41,935 bases of DNA. Origin: Terrimicrobiaceae bacterium. Its GTDB lineage: Bacteria; Verrucomicrobiota; Verrucomicrobiia; Chthoniobacterales; Terrimicrobiaceae. The stretch spans positions 1 through 41,935 of the forward strand of contig JBIIPZ010000029.1 of NCBI GenBank assembly GCA_044342325.1, read 5' to 3'. Both the position numbers and the translations under genes were made by a program. Under the pieces are notes generated by a model. That model was given only the letters and a program-made list of their open reading frames with translations. It did no database searches and was not told the DNA's origin. Below are positions 9,439-18,419 of the stretch, one piece after another. The first letter of the stretch is position 1. Every line of letters begins with the position of its first letter.

Positions 9439-10128
9439 ATGACTCAGGTTCGATTGTTTTTTCTCAGCTTGGCGGCGTGCCTCGCGGCATTGCCCACTGC
9501 AACCGCCGGTCTGCTCGACGACCTGACCCGCGAGCAAAGAGCCGAACTGGAGAAGGGTGATCTCATCGTCCTCGAGCAGGATATTACCGGCAAACCTTGG
9601 CCGAGGGTTCGCATCTACAAAAAAATTCAAGCCACACCAGAGCAGGTGGCGGGTGTTTTCTTTGACTACAATCAAGCCAAGACATTCATACCCGATGTGC
9701 TCGAATCCAGAATTTCCAAAAAAATCTCTCCGGGCGTGATGGAGGTGGATTACCAAGTGGAGGTGCCCATTCTTGCGGACGAGGCCTACACGGCGCGGAA
9801 TGAAATGAAAGCGCTCGGCGAAGGCTACCAAGCCTCCTGGACACTCCTCCGCGCCCTTCAAACAAAAGCCGCCGAAGGCAACTTGCTTATCGAGCCTTTT
9901 GAAAACGGCACCTCTGTGATTCGATACACCAATCTCGTGACTCCAAGCTCCGGCATGGCAAAAATCCTCAAGCTCCCGGCCATGGCCCGAATGCAAAAAA
10001 CCGTCCTCGCCATCGGCCAGAAGGTCGAACAACAAAAATCAAAAAATCCGGCGGCACTCGCCGCACAAGTCGCACGCCTGCGCGAGGCGATGGAATCCTC
10101 CTCCGCGACGGACACCCAAAAACCCTGA
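9439..10128 (+). CDS. Exported SRPBCC/START-fold-like protein
   Basis: Signal peptide; IQATPEQVAGVFFDY...FIPDV pattern resembles SRPBCC/polyketide cyclase family. Confidence 0.6.
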   Translation: MTQVRLFFLSLAACLAALPTATAGLLDDLTREQRAELEKGDLIVLEQDITGKPWPRVRIYKKIQATPEQVAGVFFDYNQAKTFIPDVLESRISKKISPGVMEVDYQVEVPILADEAYTARNEMKALGEGYQASWTLLRALQTKAAEGNLLIEPFENGTSVIRYTNLVTPSSGMAKILKLPAMARMQKTVLAIGQKVEQQKSKNPAALAAQVARLREAMESSSATDTQKP

Positions 10129-11315
10129 TGCAAAAATCCAACCGCGCCGCACTCGGCATTATTTTTCTCACAATTTTTATCAACATGGTGGGATTCGGAG
10201 TCGTCATTCCCGTGTTGCCCTTCTACGCCGAGCGCTTCGGTGCGACCCCGTGGGAGATCGGCTGGCTCTTTGGCATCTTCTCGCTCATCCAGTTCTTCGC
10301 CGCTCCGGTCTTTGGCCAGATATCTGACCGCTTCGGACGCCGGCCCGTGCTCATCATTAGCACACTCGGAACCGCTCTGGGTTTCACAATCATGGGCATC
10401 GGCCACTCGCTCGCGATGCTGTTCGTGGGGCGGATCATCGACGGCATCTCCGGCGGCAGCATCGGCACTGCGCAAGCGTATGTCGCCGACATCACCTCCC
10501 CCGAAAACCGCTCGAAGGCGATGGGCCTCATCGGAGCGGCATTCGGCCTGGGTTTTGTTTTCGGTCCTGCACTCGGAGGCGCGACGGCAGCCTGGCTTGG
10601 CGACTCCGCTCCGCTCTACCTGGCCGGAGCACTTGCCCTCGCGAATGCCGCGCTGATCTTTTTTGTGCTTCCCGAGTCCTTGCCGAAAGAAAAGCGCGGC
10701 TCCAAAAAAGAAAGTCTCTTCCCGGCCATCCTGCAGCACGTCCGCACCGGTCCCTACTTCACGACTGTGGCGACTTATTTTATTCTGATCGCGGGCTTTT
10801 CCATCATGACAGCCGTCTTCGCGCTTTTTGTAGCCCACCGCTATGAATTCAATACCGCACAGACCGGTTATGTTTTCGCCATGCTGGGAGTCATCGGCGT
10901 CGTCATCCAAGGCGGACTCATCGGTCGCTTGGTGAAAAAATTCGGCGAAGCGCGCTTAGCCACAGCCGGAGCGGCCATCCTCACCGGCAGCCTGTTTGCG
11001 ATGCCCTTCACCGCCAGCATTCCCATGCTCCTGCTTGCCTGCGCCGGAATCGCTACCGGCAACAGCCTGCTCAGCCCTACGCTCTCCGGCATCGCCTCGC
11101 GCAATGTGGACGCCGAATGGCAAGGCCGCGCGCTCGGCGTCCTGCAATCTGCCGGCAGCCTCGCCCGCTGGATCGGACCAGTCCTCGGCGGCTGGCTCCT
11201 CACTTTTGACTTAGACAAAAATATCGCAGCCTATGCCCAAACGCCGTTTTGGGCCGCTTCCGGACTCTTGCTGCTAACCTTCCTGCTCTGCTTGCGGCTC
11301 CCGCAGAAATCTTAA
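10128..11315 (+). CDS. MFS transporter, TetA/DHA1-like
   Basis: Multiple TM segments, GQISDRFGRRPVL motif A, GRIIDGISGG, FVFGPALGG motif C. Confidence 0.92.
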   Translation: MQKSNRAALGIIFLTIFINMVGFGVVIPVLPFYAERFGATPWEIGWLFGIFSLIQFFAAPVFGQISDRFGRRPVLIISTLGTALGFTIMGIGHSLAMLFVGRIIDGISGGSIGTAQAYVADITSPENRSKAMGLIGAAFGLGFVFGPALGGATAAWLGDSAPLYLAGALALANAALIFFVLPESLPKEKRGSKKESLFPAILQHVRTGPYFTTVATYFILIAGFSIMTAVFALFVAHRYEFNTAQTGYVFAMLGVIGVVIQGGLIGRLVKKFGEARLATAGAAILTGSLFAMPFTASIPMLLLACAGIATGNSLLSPTLSGIASRNVDAEWQGRALGVLQSAGSLARWIGPVLGGWLLTFDLDKNIAAYAQTPFWAASGLLLLTFLLCLRLPQKS

Positions 11316-11674
11316 ATCCCGCGCCGGTTGATGATTTTGTTGTCGTCGTTGAGAACGATGACCTTTGGCGTGTGAGATTTGATCTCCTCCGGAGTGAGCT
11401 GGACAAATGTCATGATCGTGAGGCGATCCCCCGTCTTTCCCAAATGCGCCACCGCGCCATTCAGCACAATGCTTCTGCTCCCGCGCGGAGCGCGAATGGC
11501 ATAGGTCTCGAAGCGGTTGCCATTGGTCTGGTTGCCCACGAGAATTTTTTCGTAAGGCGTGATGCCCGCCTCCTCCAGAAAATCCTCATCAATGGCCATG
11601 CTGCCTTCGTAATTCACATCCGCATCTGTAACGATGGCGCGGTGGATTTTCGAACCGAGAATGACTTTCAACAT
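11312..11674 (-). CDS. panD: Aspartate 1-decarboxylase
   Basis: SKIHRAIVT, YEGS self-cleavage site, NGNRFETY, LNGAVAH. Confidence 0.96.
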   Translation of the reverse strand: MLKVILGSKIHRAIVTDADVNYEGSMAIDEDFLEEAGITPYEKILVGNQTNGNRFETYAIRAPRGSRSIVLNGAVAHLGKTGDRLTIMTFVQLTPEEIKSHTPKVIVLNDDNKIINRRGI

Positions 11675-11801
11675 GCCCGAGACTTTAGAGCGGCGACGGC
11701 GAAGATCAATCCCGATGGCGGGGGCTCGCCTTCAGCGCAAACACCTCGCAGTTGGACTACAGATGAATGCGCTGCGTTTTTGGCGGTGCATTTGTCCGGG
11801 C

Positions 11802-12869
11802 TCATGGCTGGTCGCCTTCCTCTTGCGGCGCATTAAGCATTCTGTCGAAGTCGGATTCAAAAAGGCGGTCTTGCAAGATGCGGTATTTCTCAAACTCGCT
11901 TTCCGCATGGGCTTGGGCGATTTCGGCGCTAACCTTACCGGCATCCTGCAGGATCTCGCGGTCCGTCGCGGCGATGAAGCGGTTAAGGCGGGTTTCCCAG
12001 TCCTGCATGCTCATGGGAATCTGCCGCAGTGCCATGTCTTCGGCTAGATCCAGATAGGCGGAGACGAGCCGTTGCAGTTGAGCCATCTCGTGTTCCGTGA
12101 GGCAGTTTTTCGCCTATACGACATCGAACTTCTGGATTTTTCCTGTGGGCGCGTCTTTCCATGTGGTGAGCCCCATGCGGTCTTTACTGGCATCGGCTCG
12201 GGCGATAATGACTTCAGCCGCTGTCTGTCCATGGATGGCCCAGTGGAGCTTGTTTTGCACAGTGGCAAAGAAGCGCTTTGTGGCGGCGGCGGTGACATCG
12301 TAATCAATCGCGGTCGCGTAAATATCGGTGATCTTCTGATAAAACTTTCGCTCACTGAGGCGGATTTCCCGGATGCGCTGGAGCTGCTCCTCGAAGTAAT
12401 TTTTACCAAGCACGGAGCCGTCGTTTTTCAAACGCTCGTCATCCATTGCAAATCCCTTGATGGTGAAAGACTCGATAATGCCGGTGGCCCACTTGCGGAA
12501 CTGCACCGCGCGTTCCGAGTTCACCTTGTAGCCGACGGAAATAATGGCGGAGAGATTATAGTGCTGGGTGTCGTAGGTTTTCCCGTCGGCGGCAGTTATT
12601 CGAAAATTTCGAATAACTGAATCCTCCTGCAACTCGGAGTCGGCAAAGATCTTTTTGAGGTGGTAGTTTATCGTGTGGGTTTCCACATCGTAGAGCAGCC
12701 CCATCATTTTTTGAGAGAGCCAGACATTTTCATCGGCGTAGATGGCTTCGACGCCACCTTTGCCACTGGCAGCCACAAATGTGAGGTATTCCGCCGCAGA
12801 GGATCGAACCAACGAGACTTCGGTGGTTTTTTTGGCGCGATCATCACCTGCGGGTCTCTTTTTGCTCAT
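11802..12869 (-). pseudogene. RhuM-family (virulence RhuM / DNA-binding) gene interrupted by an in-frame TAG
   Basis: HYNLSAIISVGYKVNS...FRKWAT, IREIRLSERKFYQKITDIY; TAG at 12114-12116 followed in frame by AKNCLTEHEMAQLQRLVSAYLD; AGAGG RBS before ATG 12869. Confidence 0.85.
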
Positions 12870-12941
12870 AGGGTTATCCTCTTCTATAATCGGTGCGGAG
12901 TGTAACGCTTGATTTTTCTGCACCGCCCTAGGACGGAACGA

Positions 12942-13616
12942 CTATTTCTTCCCGAGGACTTCGAGGTAGGTGATGCCGGTGGTTTTGCGGGTTTCGGGGT
13001 CGATGCGTTCGACTCGCATTTGTTTGAGCATCCACTGGCCGTCGATTTTCTGGGCAGAGATAACTTCAAAGCGTTTCACGAGGCGGCCGGTGGGGTCATA
13101 GCCTTCGATGCGGAGGAGGGCGGCGGATTGTTTATCGATCCACACACGGACGACGCCGTATTGGGAAGCGCCGCGCTGCGCGGGGATTTCGATCTTCCAA
13201 GCGTCGCGCGAGCGAACGGTCTCGGATTCCAGAAGGCGGGGATTTTTCCAGTAGAGAAAACGGAGGGCGAGATCCTCGTAAGTAATGAGTCCGCCACGAA
13301 CGGAGTCGTCGAATTTTGAAATGGGAACCGCCGTTTGCGTGCCGTCGCGGCGCTCTTCGAGCGTGGACTCGCTCTCGCCAAGCCGCAGAAGAATATCCTG
13401 CTGCGGTCCGCTAAATCCATAACGCACGGCGCCCGCGCCGACTTCGATGACAAAGGGCACTTTCACCGAACCGGCCCGAAGCTGGGCTTCAAGAGTGATG
13501 CCCTCGCCCATGGGATTCATGCGGGCGGCAGCGAGGATTTCCTCCGCAGCGGGCTCGTCGGCGAGGATCACACCTACACAAAAAAACAATGCCACCAGGA
13601 TGCTTGCGAATCTCAT
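12942..13616 (-). CDS. LolA-like outer-membrane lipoprotein-sorting protein
   Basis: Signal peptide; ITYEDL, YGVVRVWIDK, RIEGYD..GRLVK, KIDGQW pattern. Confidence 0.7.
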   Translation of the reverse strand: MRFASILVALFFCVGVILADEPAAEEILAAARMNPMGEGITLEAQLRAGSVKVPFVIEVGAGAVRYGFSGPQQDILLRLGESESTLEERRDGTQTAVPISKFDDSVRGGLITYEDLALRFLYWKNPRLLESETVRSRDAWKIEIPAQRGASQYGVVRVWIDKQSAALLRIEGYDPTGRLVKRFEVISAQKIDGQWMLKQMRVERIDPETRKTTGITYLEVLGKK

Positions 13617-13624
13617 GGCTCCAT

Positions 13625-14506
13625 TCAAACCGCCAAGTCCAGTGGCAGATCGGTGAGGTCGCGCAGTCGCCGCCCACCCACTATGGTTTGAAGCATTTCA
13701 TATGCATCGGGGAACTCGTCCTTGTCCACCGATTCGATCAACTCGGGAAGAGCGATATGGTAAACGCAATCGATATCGCCGGTGCCGAGGGCAACCGAAG
13801 CCAAGCGACTTGGGAGGCACTCCGCCGTTACAATCACAAGATGAGGCACCCTTCCCTTGCGGTTGCGAATCAGGTTGAGGGCCTCCGAGCGAGCGTTTTG
13901 CGCCCTGTCACTGCGGAAGGTGAATTTGCAGGAAATGCAGGCATGGAGGATTGGATGGCTGTTGACCACTTGGCGAAGCGGTGTCCGGGAGGCAAGTTCA
14001 CCGCCCAGAAAGATGCCCGCTTCGTTGATACGGTCGTCCGTCTCAGGGGTTCGTGAGATCACAACATCGGGACTGATGGCATAGTCATTCCCCAATGCAG
14101 AGGCCAGCTCTCTGTTTTCAGAGCAGAAGCGCGCCAAGTCAGCCAGATGCCGGTATTGATCAAAGAGCGAGATCGCGGAGTCATCCCTGGCTGTGATGCG
14201 TTGCACATTCCAAACACCGGGTCTCAAGTGCTCCAAAGCGCAGAAAGTCTTTTTGAGAAAACCGCAGACCAACTCTTCAAATAAATCGCCTTGTGACTGG
14301 CCCGGCAGCTTTTTGTGGTTTTTCTGAATACCGATTTTCTGTGCAACGGCGTTAGAGATCGCAACACTGGCCCTATTGCTGAAATCCGCGTTGCTGACGG
14401 CGCGCACTGCCGAGCGCTGGGCTTTGTAGTCGTCGAAAGTTAGAAGATTCCTTGCGGCAAGTTCCCTAAAGAATCCGCGACGAGCTTTCTCAAGCACACT
14501 TTGCAT
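13625..14506 (-). CDS. Type II restriction endonuclease, NgoMIV family (predicted GCCGGC)
   Basis: LGNDYAISPDVVI, ISCKFTFRSDRAQNARSEALNLIRNRKGR, SVALGTGDIDCVYH. Confidence 0.9.
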   Translation of the reverse strand: MQSVLEKARRGFFRELAARNLLTFDDYKAQRSAVRAVSNADFSNRASVAISNAVAQKIGIQKNHKKLPGQSQGDLFEELVCGFLKKTFCALEHLRPGVWNVQRITARDDSAISLFDQYRHLADLARFCSENRELASALGNDYAISPDVVISRTPETDDRINEAGIFLGGELASRTPLRQVVNSHPILHACISCKFTFRSDRAQNARSEALNLIRNRKGRVPHLVIVTAECLPSRLASVALGTGDIDCVYHIALPELIESVDKDEFPDAYEMLQTIVGGRRLRDLTDLPLDLAV

Positions 14507-15458
14507 TTTTTTCAGGATGGATGGATTCTTTAATTTTTGTTGCCACGACCTTGGCTACTGGCGGCGGGAATGCATTGCCAATCTGACGATAGGCCGCAGT
14601 TTTTCCACCGGAGAATTCCCACTCATCGGGAAATCCTTGAATGCGAGCTGCCATGCGCACGGTGAGTTTGGGCATCCCAACAAATCCGCGCTGGGGGGCA
14701 CGATCGGCAAGGGATTTTCCATCCACACCAAGTTGGGCCCATGCTTTTTTTGCTCTGGATGGTCCCAAGTCGGCACCTCCATGTTTTTTTGATCCGCCCA
14801 CAAGTGTGGGAGCAACTTCGTTGGCTTTTTGCGCCCATTCCAAGGCTCCCTCCCAGCCATCCAAGGACATCAAATCCACCAGAGCTTCTCCCACGGTCGG
14901 CGGACGCTTTCCATCCAAGAGAGGCATTGGAGGATAGAAACCACGAACGAAATCCTTGCGAAGCGCGACAACTACCACGCGTGGTCGGAGCTGGGGAACT
15001 CCATAGTCCGAGGCATTCAAAAGGAGCCAGTTGGCGACATAACCCAAGTCTGCCAGTTGGTTTTTAAGTTTGAACCGATAATCCTCAAAAATGGCGTCCA
15101 AAAACCCCCTGACATTTTCAAGCATGACAGCCTTGGGCTGACATTCTTCGACGATTCGAAGTGCCTCTGGAAAAAGATCACGCTCATCGGAACCCCCGAG
15201 TTGCTTGCCGGCTTTAGAAAATGGCGGACATGGAACACCGCCGGCCAAAAGATCGATTCCGCGGTATTCCTTGGCACAAAAATCACGCACATCCTTTTCA
15301 AAAACCCTCCAATTTGGGCGGTTTGTTCTTAAGGTTTGGCAGGCGTGGCTATCAATTTCCACATGTGCCAAACACTGAAACCCCGCCCACTCCAATCCCA
15401 AGGCTTGTCCGCCAGCGCCAGCGCAAATTTCTATACAAGTGGGCAGAGTGGATTTCAT
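14490..15458 (-). CDS. DNA (cytosine-5) methyltransferase, M.NgoMIV/M.NaeI-like
   Basis: EICAGAGG, GGVPCPPFS, ENV, PQLRPR, RIQGFP, RQIGNA; variable region PTLVGGSKKHGGADLG; start ATG 15458. Confidence 0.93.
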   Translation of the reverse strand: MKSTLPTCIEICAGAGGQALGLEWAGFQCLAHVEIDSHACQTLRTNRPNWRVFEKDVRDFCAKEYRGIDLLAGGVPCPPFSKAGKQLGGSDERDLFPEALRIVEECQPKAVMLENVRGFLDAIFEDYRFKLKNQLADLGYVANWLLLNASDYGVPQLRPRVVVVALRKDFVRGFYPPMPLLDGKRPPTVGEALVDLMSLDGWEGALEWAQKANEVAPTLVGGSKKHGGADLGPSRAKKAWAQLGVDGKSLADRAPQRGFVGMPKLTVRMAARIQGFPDEWEFSGGKTAAYRQIGNAFPPPVAKVVATKIKESIHPEKNAKCA

Positions 15459-15524
15459 AAACGGCTGGCAACTGGCTAACAGAATCCGTAGCCGAATCCA
15501 GATAGAATTCCAAGCCCGACAAAC

Positions 15525-15555
15525 TTGACCGGCCAAAATATCACAATATTGTGAT
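15525..15555 (+). promoter_or_regulatory. TA operon 2 promoter with palindromic operator
   Basis: TTGACC (15525) - 16 bp - TATTGT (15547); perfect 16-bp palindrome ATCACAATATTGTGAT at 15540-15555 overlaps the -10. Confidence 0.7.
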
Positions 15556-15558
15556 GCC

Positions 15559-15813
15559 ATGAAGACGGCGACCATGCGCGACTTGCGCTATGATTTTCCG
15601 AAACTCGAAGCCTGGCTGGCTGGAGGGGAGGAAATTCTGATCACGAAGCACTCGAAGGCGGTGGCGAAAATCTCGCGCGCCACGGAGGCCCCGGCAGCAA
15701 AATTGCCGCCGCATCCGGATTACAGAGCCCGCTTGAAGCGCATCTGGGGAGACCGAGTATTCACTCAGGCCGAGGTGGACGAGATGCGGGCTTTTGAAAC
15801 GGGCGAGCCATGA
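15559..15813 (+). CDS. Phd/YefM-family antitoxin
   Basis: MKTATMRDLR...GEEILITKHSKAVAKI; ATGA overlap with PIN toxin. Confidence 0.85.
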   Translation: MKTATMRDLRYDFPKLEAWLAGGEEILITKHSKAVAKISRATEAPAAKLPPHPDYRARLKRIWGDRVFTQAEVDEMRAFETGEP

Positions 15814-16262
15814 TTGCCTATCCGGATACAAGTTTCCTCTGCTCAGTCTACAGGAAGCAAATCCATACACCGGCAGCGCTCGCCTACAGGGAGGCCATGA
15901 CCGAGCCCCTGTATTTCACCCGCCTTTTGGAATTTGAATTTCTCCAAGCAATCGAGCTGCAAGTTTGGCTCCACTCGTCGGATCGCAAAAAGGGATACTC
16001 GCGTCGGGAGGCGGACCAAATGATCGAGGACTGGGAGACGGATATCGCATCGGGCCTCAATAAGCTCGTGCCTTATGATTCGGATGCCGTCTTGCGGCTC
16101 GCAGGCGTTTACTCGAAAAATCGCACAGCGCAAGGCGGGCACCGGAGTTTGGACATCCTGCATGTCGCGACTGCCGTTCACCTCGGAGCGAAGGAGTTTC
16201 TGACTTTCGATGGACGCCAGCGCACTTTGGCAAAGCACGCAGGTTTGAAACTTCCTTTGTAG
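15810..16262 (+). CDS. PIN-domain (VapC-like) toxin
   Basis: YPDTSFL, EFE, RSLDILHVATA, FLTFDGRQ. Confidence 0.9.
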   Translation: MIAYPDTSFLCSVYRKQIHTPAALAYREAMTEPLYFTRLLEFEFLQAIELQVWLHSSDRKKGYSRREADQMIEDWETDIASGLNKLVPYDSDAVLRLAGVYSKNRTAQGGHRSLDILHVATAVHLGAKEFLTFDGRQRTLAKHAGLKLPL

Positions 16263-16379
16263 AAGGGCGCGGAAGTGGGGATTGATTTTGCCAAGCGAAA
16301 CCCAGTTTCGCGGTCTCATCATGATATAGGGACATCTCCCCCCTCCCGTTCCGTTTTTTTGCTGGAACCTTGCTCCAGC

Positions 16380-17282
16380 ATGACAACGAACATTCACTTG
16401 ATCCTTGAACGAGAGCATCTCGATAGCTTGATTCCGCTTTTTGAAAAGCAGGGCGTCACCGATGAGATCATCGACACGATTACTGATGAGGATTTGAAGG
16501 CATTAGGAGTCGAAAAACTCGGTGAGCGCCGCCGGGTTCTTCTGGCATTCGGCGAAGGGTCCGGCGGCCCATTCGATCTCACTGCCATGGCGCAGGTCGG
16601 CGGCGGCGTCCTGCCACAGGACTCGGAATTCTCAGGACAGAAAGTAAAACCCTTCAGGATCGGGAAATATCCGGTCACGCAACTCGAGTGGGAGCGGGTC
16701 AGGATCTGGGCAATGGCACACGGTTTCAAATTAGAGGCTGGGGAAGGTAACGGCAGCCGCCACCCGATCACCCAAGTGAGCTGGTATGATGCCGTCAAGT
16801 GGTGCAACGCCAAAAGCACAATGGAAGGGCTCAAACCGATCTACAGCATCAACGGAAAAATCTACCAAAATGGCGAATACGGCCCCGATGGATCAACGCT
16901 GGTTGAAATGAATGCGGCGGCTGACGGCTACCGCCTTCCAACCGAGATGGAGTGGGAATGGGCCGCGCGCGGGGGGCCGCTAAGCCAGGGATACCAATTC
17001 AGTGGAAGCGACAATGCCGACAAGGTTGCATGGCATGAAAAAAACTCGAATGGCGGAGCGCACCCCGTGGGGCAAAAGCAACCCAATGAACTTGGAATTC
17101 ACGACATGAGCGGCAATGTCTGGGAATGGTGCTGGGACAAGGATGATACCGGCTCCGCCTGCAGAATTCGTGGAGGAAGCTGGATGCAGCTCGATGGACA
17201 CGGCACCGTCGCTTACCGAGTCAGCCGCAGCCCGGACAGCCGCTATACAGTGATAGGCTTCCGAATTGCACGAGATTTGTAA
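16380..17282 (+). CDS. SAM-like domain + FGE-sulfatase (SUMF1/C-type lectin fold) protein
   Basis: N-term LIPLFEKQGV...ITDEDLKALGVEKLGERRRVL (SAM-like); C-term FRIGKYPVTQ, VSWYDAVKWCN, YRLPTEMEWEWAARGG, DMSGNVWEWCWD, RGGSW, GFRIAR. Confidence 0.85.
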   Translation: MTTNIHLILEREHLDSLIPLFEKQGVTDEIIDTITDEDLKALGVEKLGERRRVLLAFGEGSGGPFDLTAMAQVGGGVLPQDSEFSGQKVKPFRIGKYPVTQLEWERVRIWAMAHGFKLEAGEGNGSRHPITQVSWYDAVKWCNAKSTMEGLKPIYSINGKIYQNGEYGPDGSTLVEMNAAADGYRLPTEMEWEWAARGGPLSQGYQFSGSDNADKVAWHEKNSNGGAHPVGQKQPNELGIHDMSGNVWEWCWDKDDTGSACRIRGGSWMQLDGHGTVAYRVSRSPDSRYTVIGFRIARDL

Positions 17283-17297
17283 GGGAAGGGGGAAAAC

Positions 17298-17378
17298 TGC
17301 TCGGGGGGGGACTCGAACCCCCATGCCTTGCGGCATGCGCCCCTCAAACGCACGTGTCTGCCATTTCACCACCCGAGC
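17298..17378 (-). tRNA. tRNA-Leu (anticodon GAG), CCA not encoded
   Basis: Minus strand GCTCGGG TGGTGAAATGGCAGACACG TGCGT TTGAGGG GCGCA, long variable arm TGCCGCAAGGCA, GGGGGTTCGAGTCCCCC, CCCGAGC A. Confidence 0.95.
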
Positions 17379-17477
17379 GAGGATTGAAGATCATAGAGGA
17401 TTTGGAACGGGATGCAAGCCCGAATTTCGAGGGGAATGCTCTTGCTGCTGGAAGCAGGCAGAAACTACATTCGGGCT

Positions 17478-18419
17478 ATGAAAGTATTGGTGACCGGCGG
17501 CGCCGGATTCATTGGTTCGCATGTGTGCAGGCGTCTCTTGTCCGAGGGTCACGAGGTGGTGGTGATCGATGATTTTAATGATTTCTATGATCCGGCCATC
17601 AAGCGGGCGAATATCGCCTCGCTTGGAAGTGGAGTTTCAACTCGTGAGGGTGACATAAGGGATCGTGATTTTGTGCGGCGGGTTTTTGCGGACGGGCGTT
17701 TTGACACCATCATCCACCTAGCTGCGCGCGCCGGGGTGCGACCCTCGCTCAAGAATCCCCAGCTTTACATCGACACCAACATCACGGGCACGCACAACCT
17801 GCTGGAGGCGGCGCGGGAACAAGGCGTGGGCCGGTTTGTGTTTGCGTCCAGCTCCTCGGTTTACGGGCTTTCGAAGGTCGTGCCCTTCAACGAAAATCTT
17901 GCCTTGCCTCAAACGCTGAGCCCCTACGCGGCGACCAAGATCGCTGGCGAACACATCTGTGGAAACTACGCGCACCTCTACAAAATGCGGGTCGTGTGCC
18001 TGCGCTTCTTCACCGTCTACGGCCCGGGGCAGCGACCGGATTTGGCCATTCATAAATTCACCGATGCGATTCACCATGGACGCTCGATCCCGCAGTTCGG
18101 CGATGGCTCCACGCGGCGCGATTACACTTACATCGACGACATCGTGCAGGGTGTGACGGGCGCGCTGCGCTACGAGGGGCCTCATTTCGATATTTTCAAT
18201 CTCGGAGAAAACCAGACCACGACTCTCTCGGAGCTGATCTCTGCAATTGAAAGCGCGCTGGGTAAAAAAGCCATCATCGAACGCCTTCCCGAGCAGCAAG
18301 GCGACATGCCGCTCACGGCGGCGGATATCACGAAAGCCCGCGAGCTGCTGGGCTACAACCCCCAGACGAAAATCCGCGAGGGCATTCCGAAGTTCGTGGA
18401 GTGGTATATGAACAAATGA
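17478..18419 (+). CDS. NAD-dependent epimerase, UDP-glucuronate 4-epimerase-like
   Basis: VTGGAGFIGS, HLAARAGVR, ASSSSVYG, YAATK, FFTVYGPGQRPDLA. Confidence 0.9.
   Translation: MKVLVTGGAGFIGSHVCRRLLSEGHEVVVIDDFNDFYDPAIKRANIASLGSGVSTREGDIRDRDFVRRVFADGRFDTIIHLAARAGVRPSLKNPQLYIDTNITGTHNLLEAAREQGVGRFVFASSSSVYGLSKVVPFNENLALPQTLSPYAATKIAGEHICGNYAHLYKMRVVCLRFFTVYGPGQRPDLAIHKFTDAIHHGRSIPQFGDGSTRRDYTYIDDIVQGVTGALRYEGPHFDIFNLGENQTTTLSELISAIESALGKKAIIERLPEQQGDMPLTAADITKARELLGYNPQTKIREGIPKFVEWYMNK

Noticed and set aside
9334..10035. 234-aa N-terminal extension of the sigma54 activator ORF (710 aa in the track)
   Set aside because: Antisense to the SRPBCC-like gene; the receiver domain starts at ATG 9333.
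12114..12116. Programmed amber recoding (pyrrolysine or alternative code)
   Set aside because: TAG terminates other genes in the window normally (e.g. ends at 16262, 19519, 31374); no pyl genes are seen.
17170..17297. Complete DGR at the FGE gene
   Set aside because: No reverse transcriptase, Avd or template repeat in the window; kept only as a possible remote target.
11700..17378. tRNA-integrated genomic island or prophage
   Set aside because: No integrase, phage genes or duplicated tRNA 3' end found by eye.
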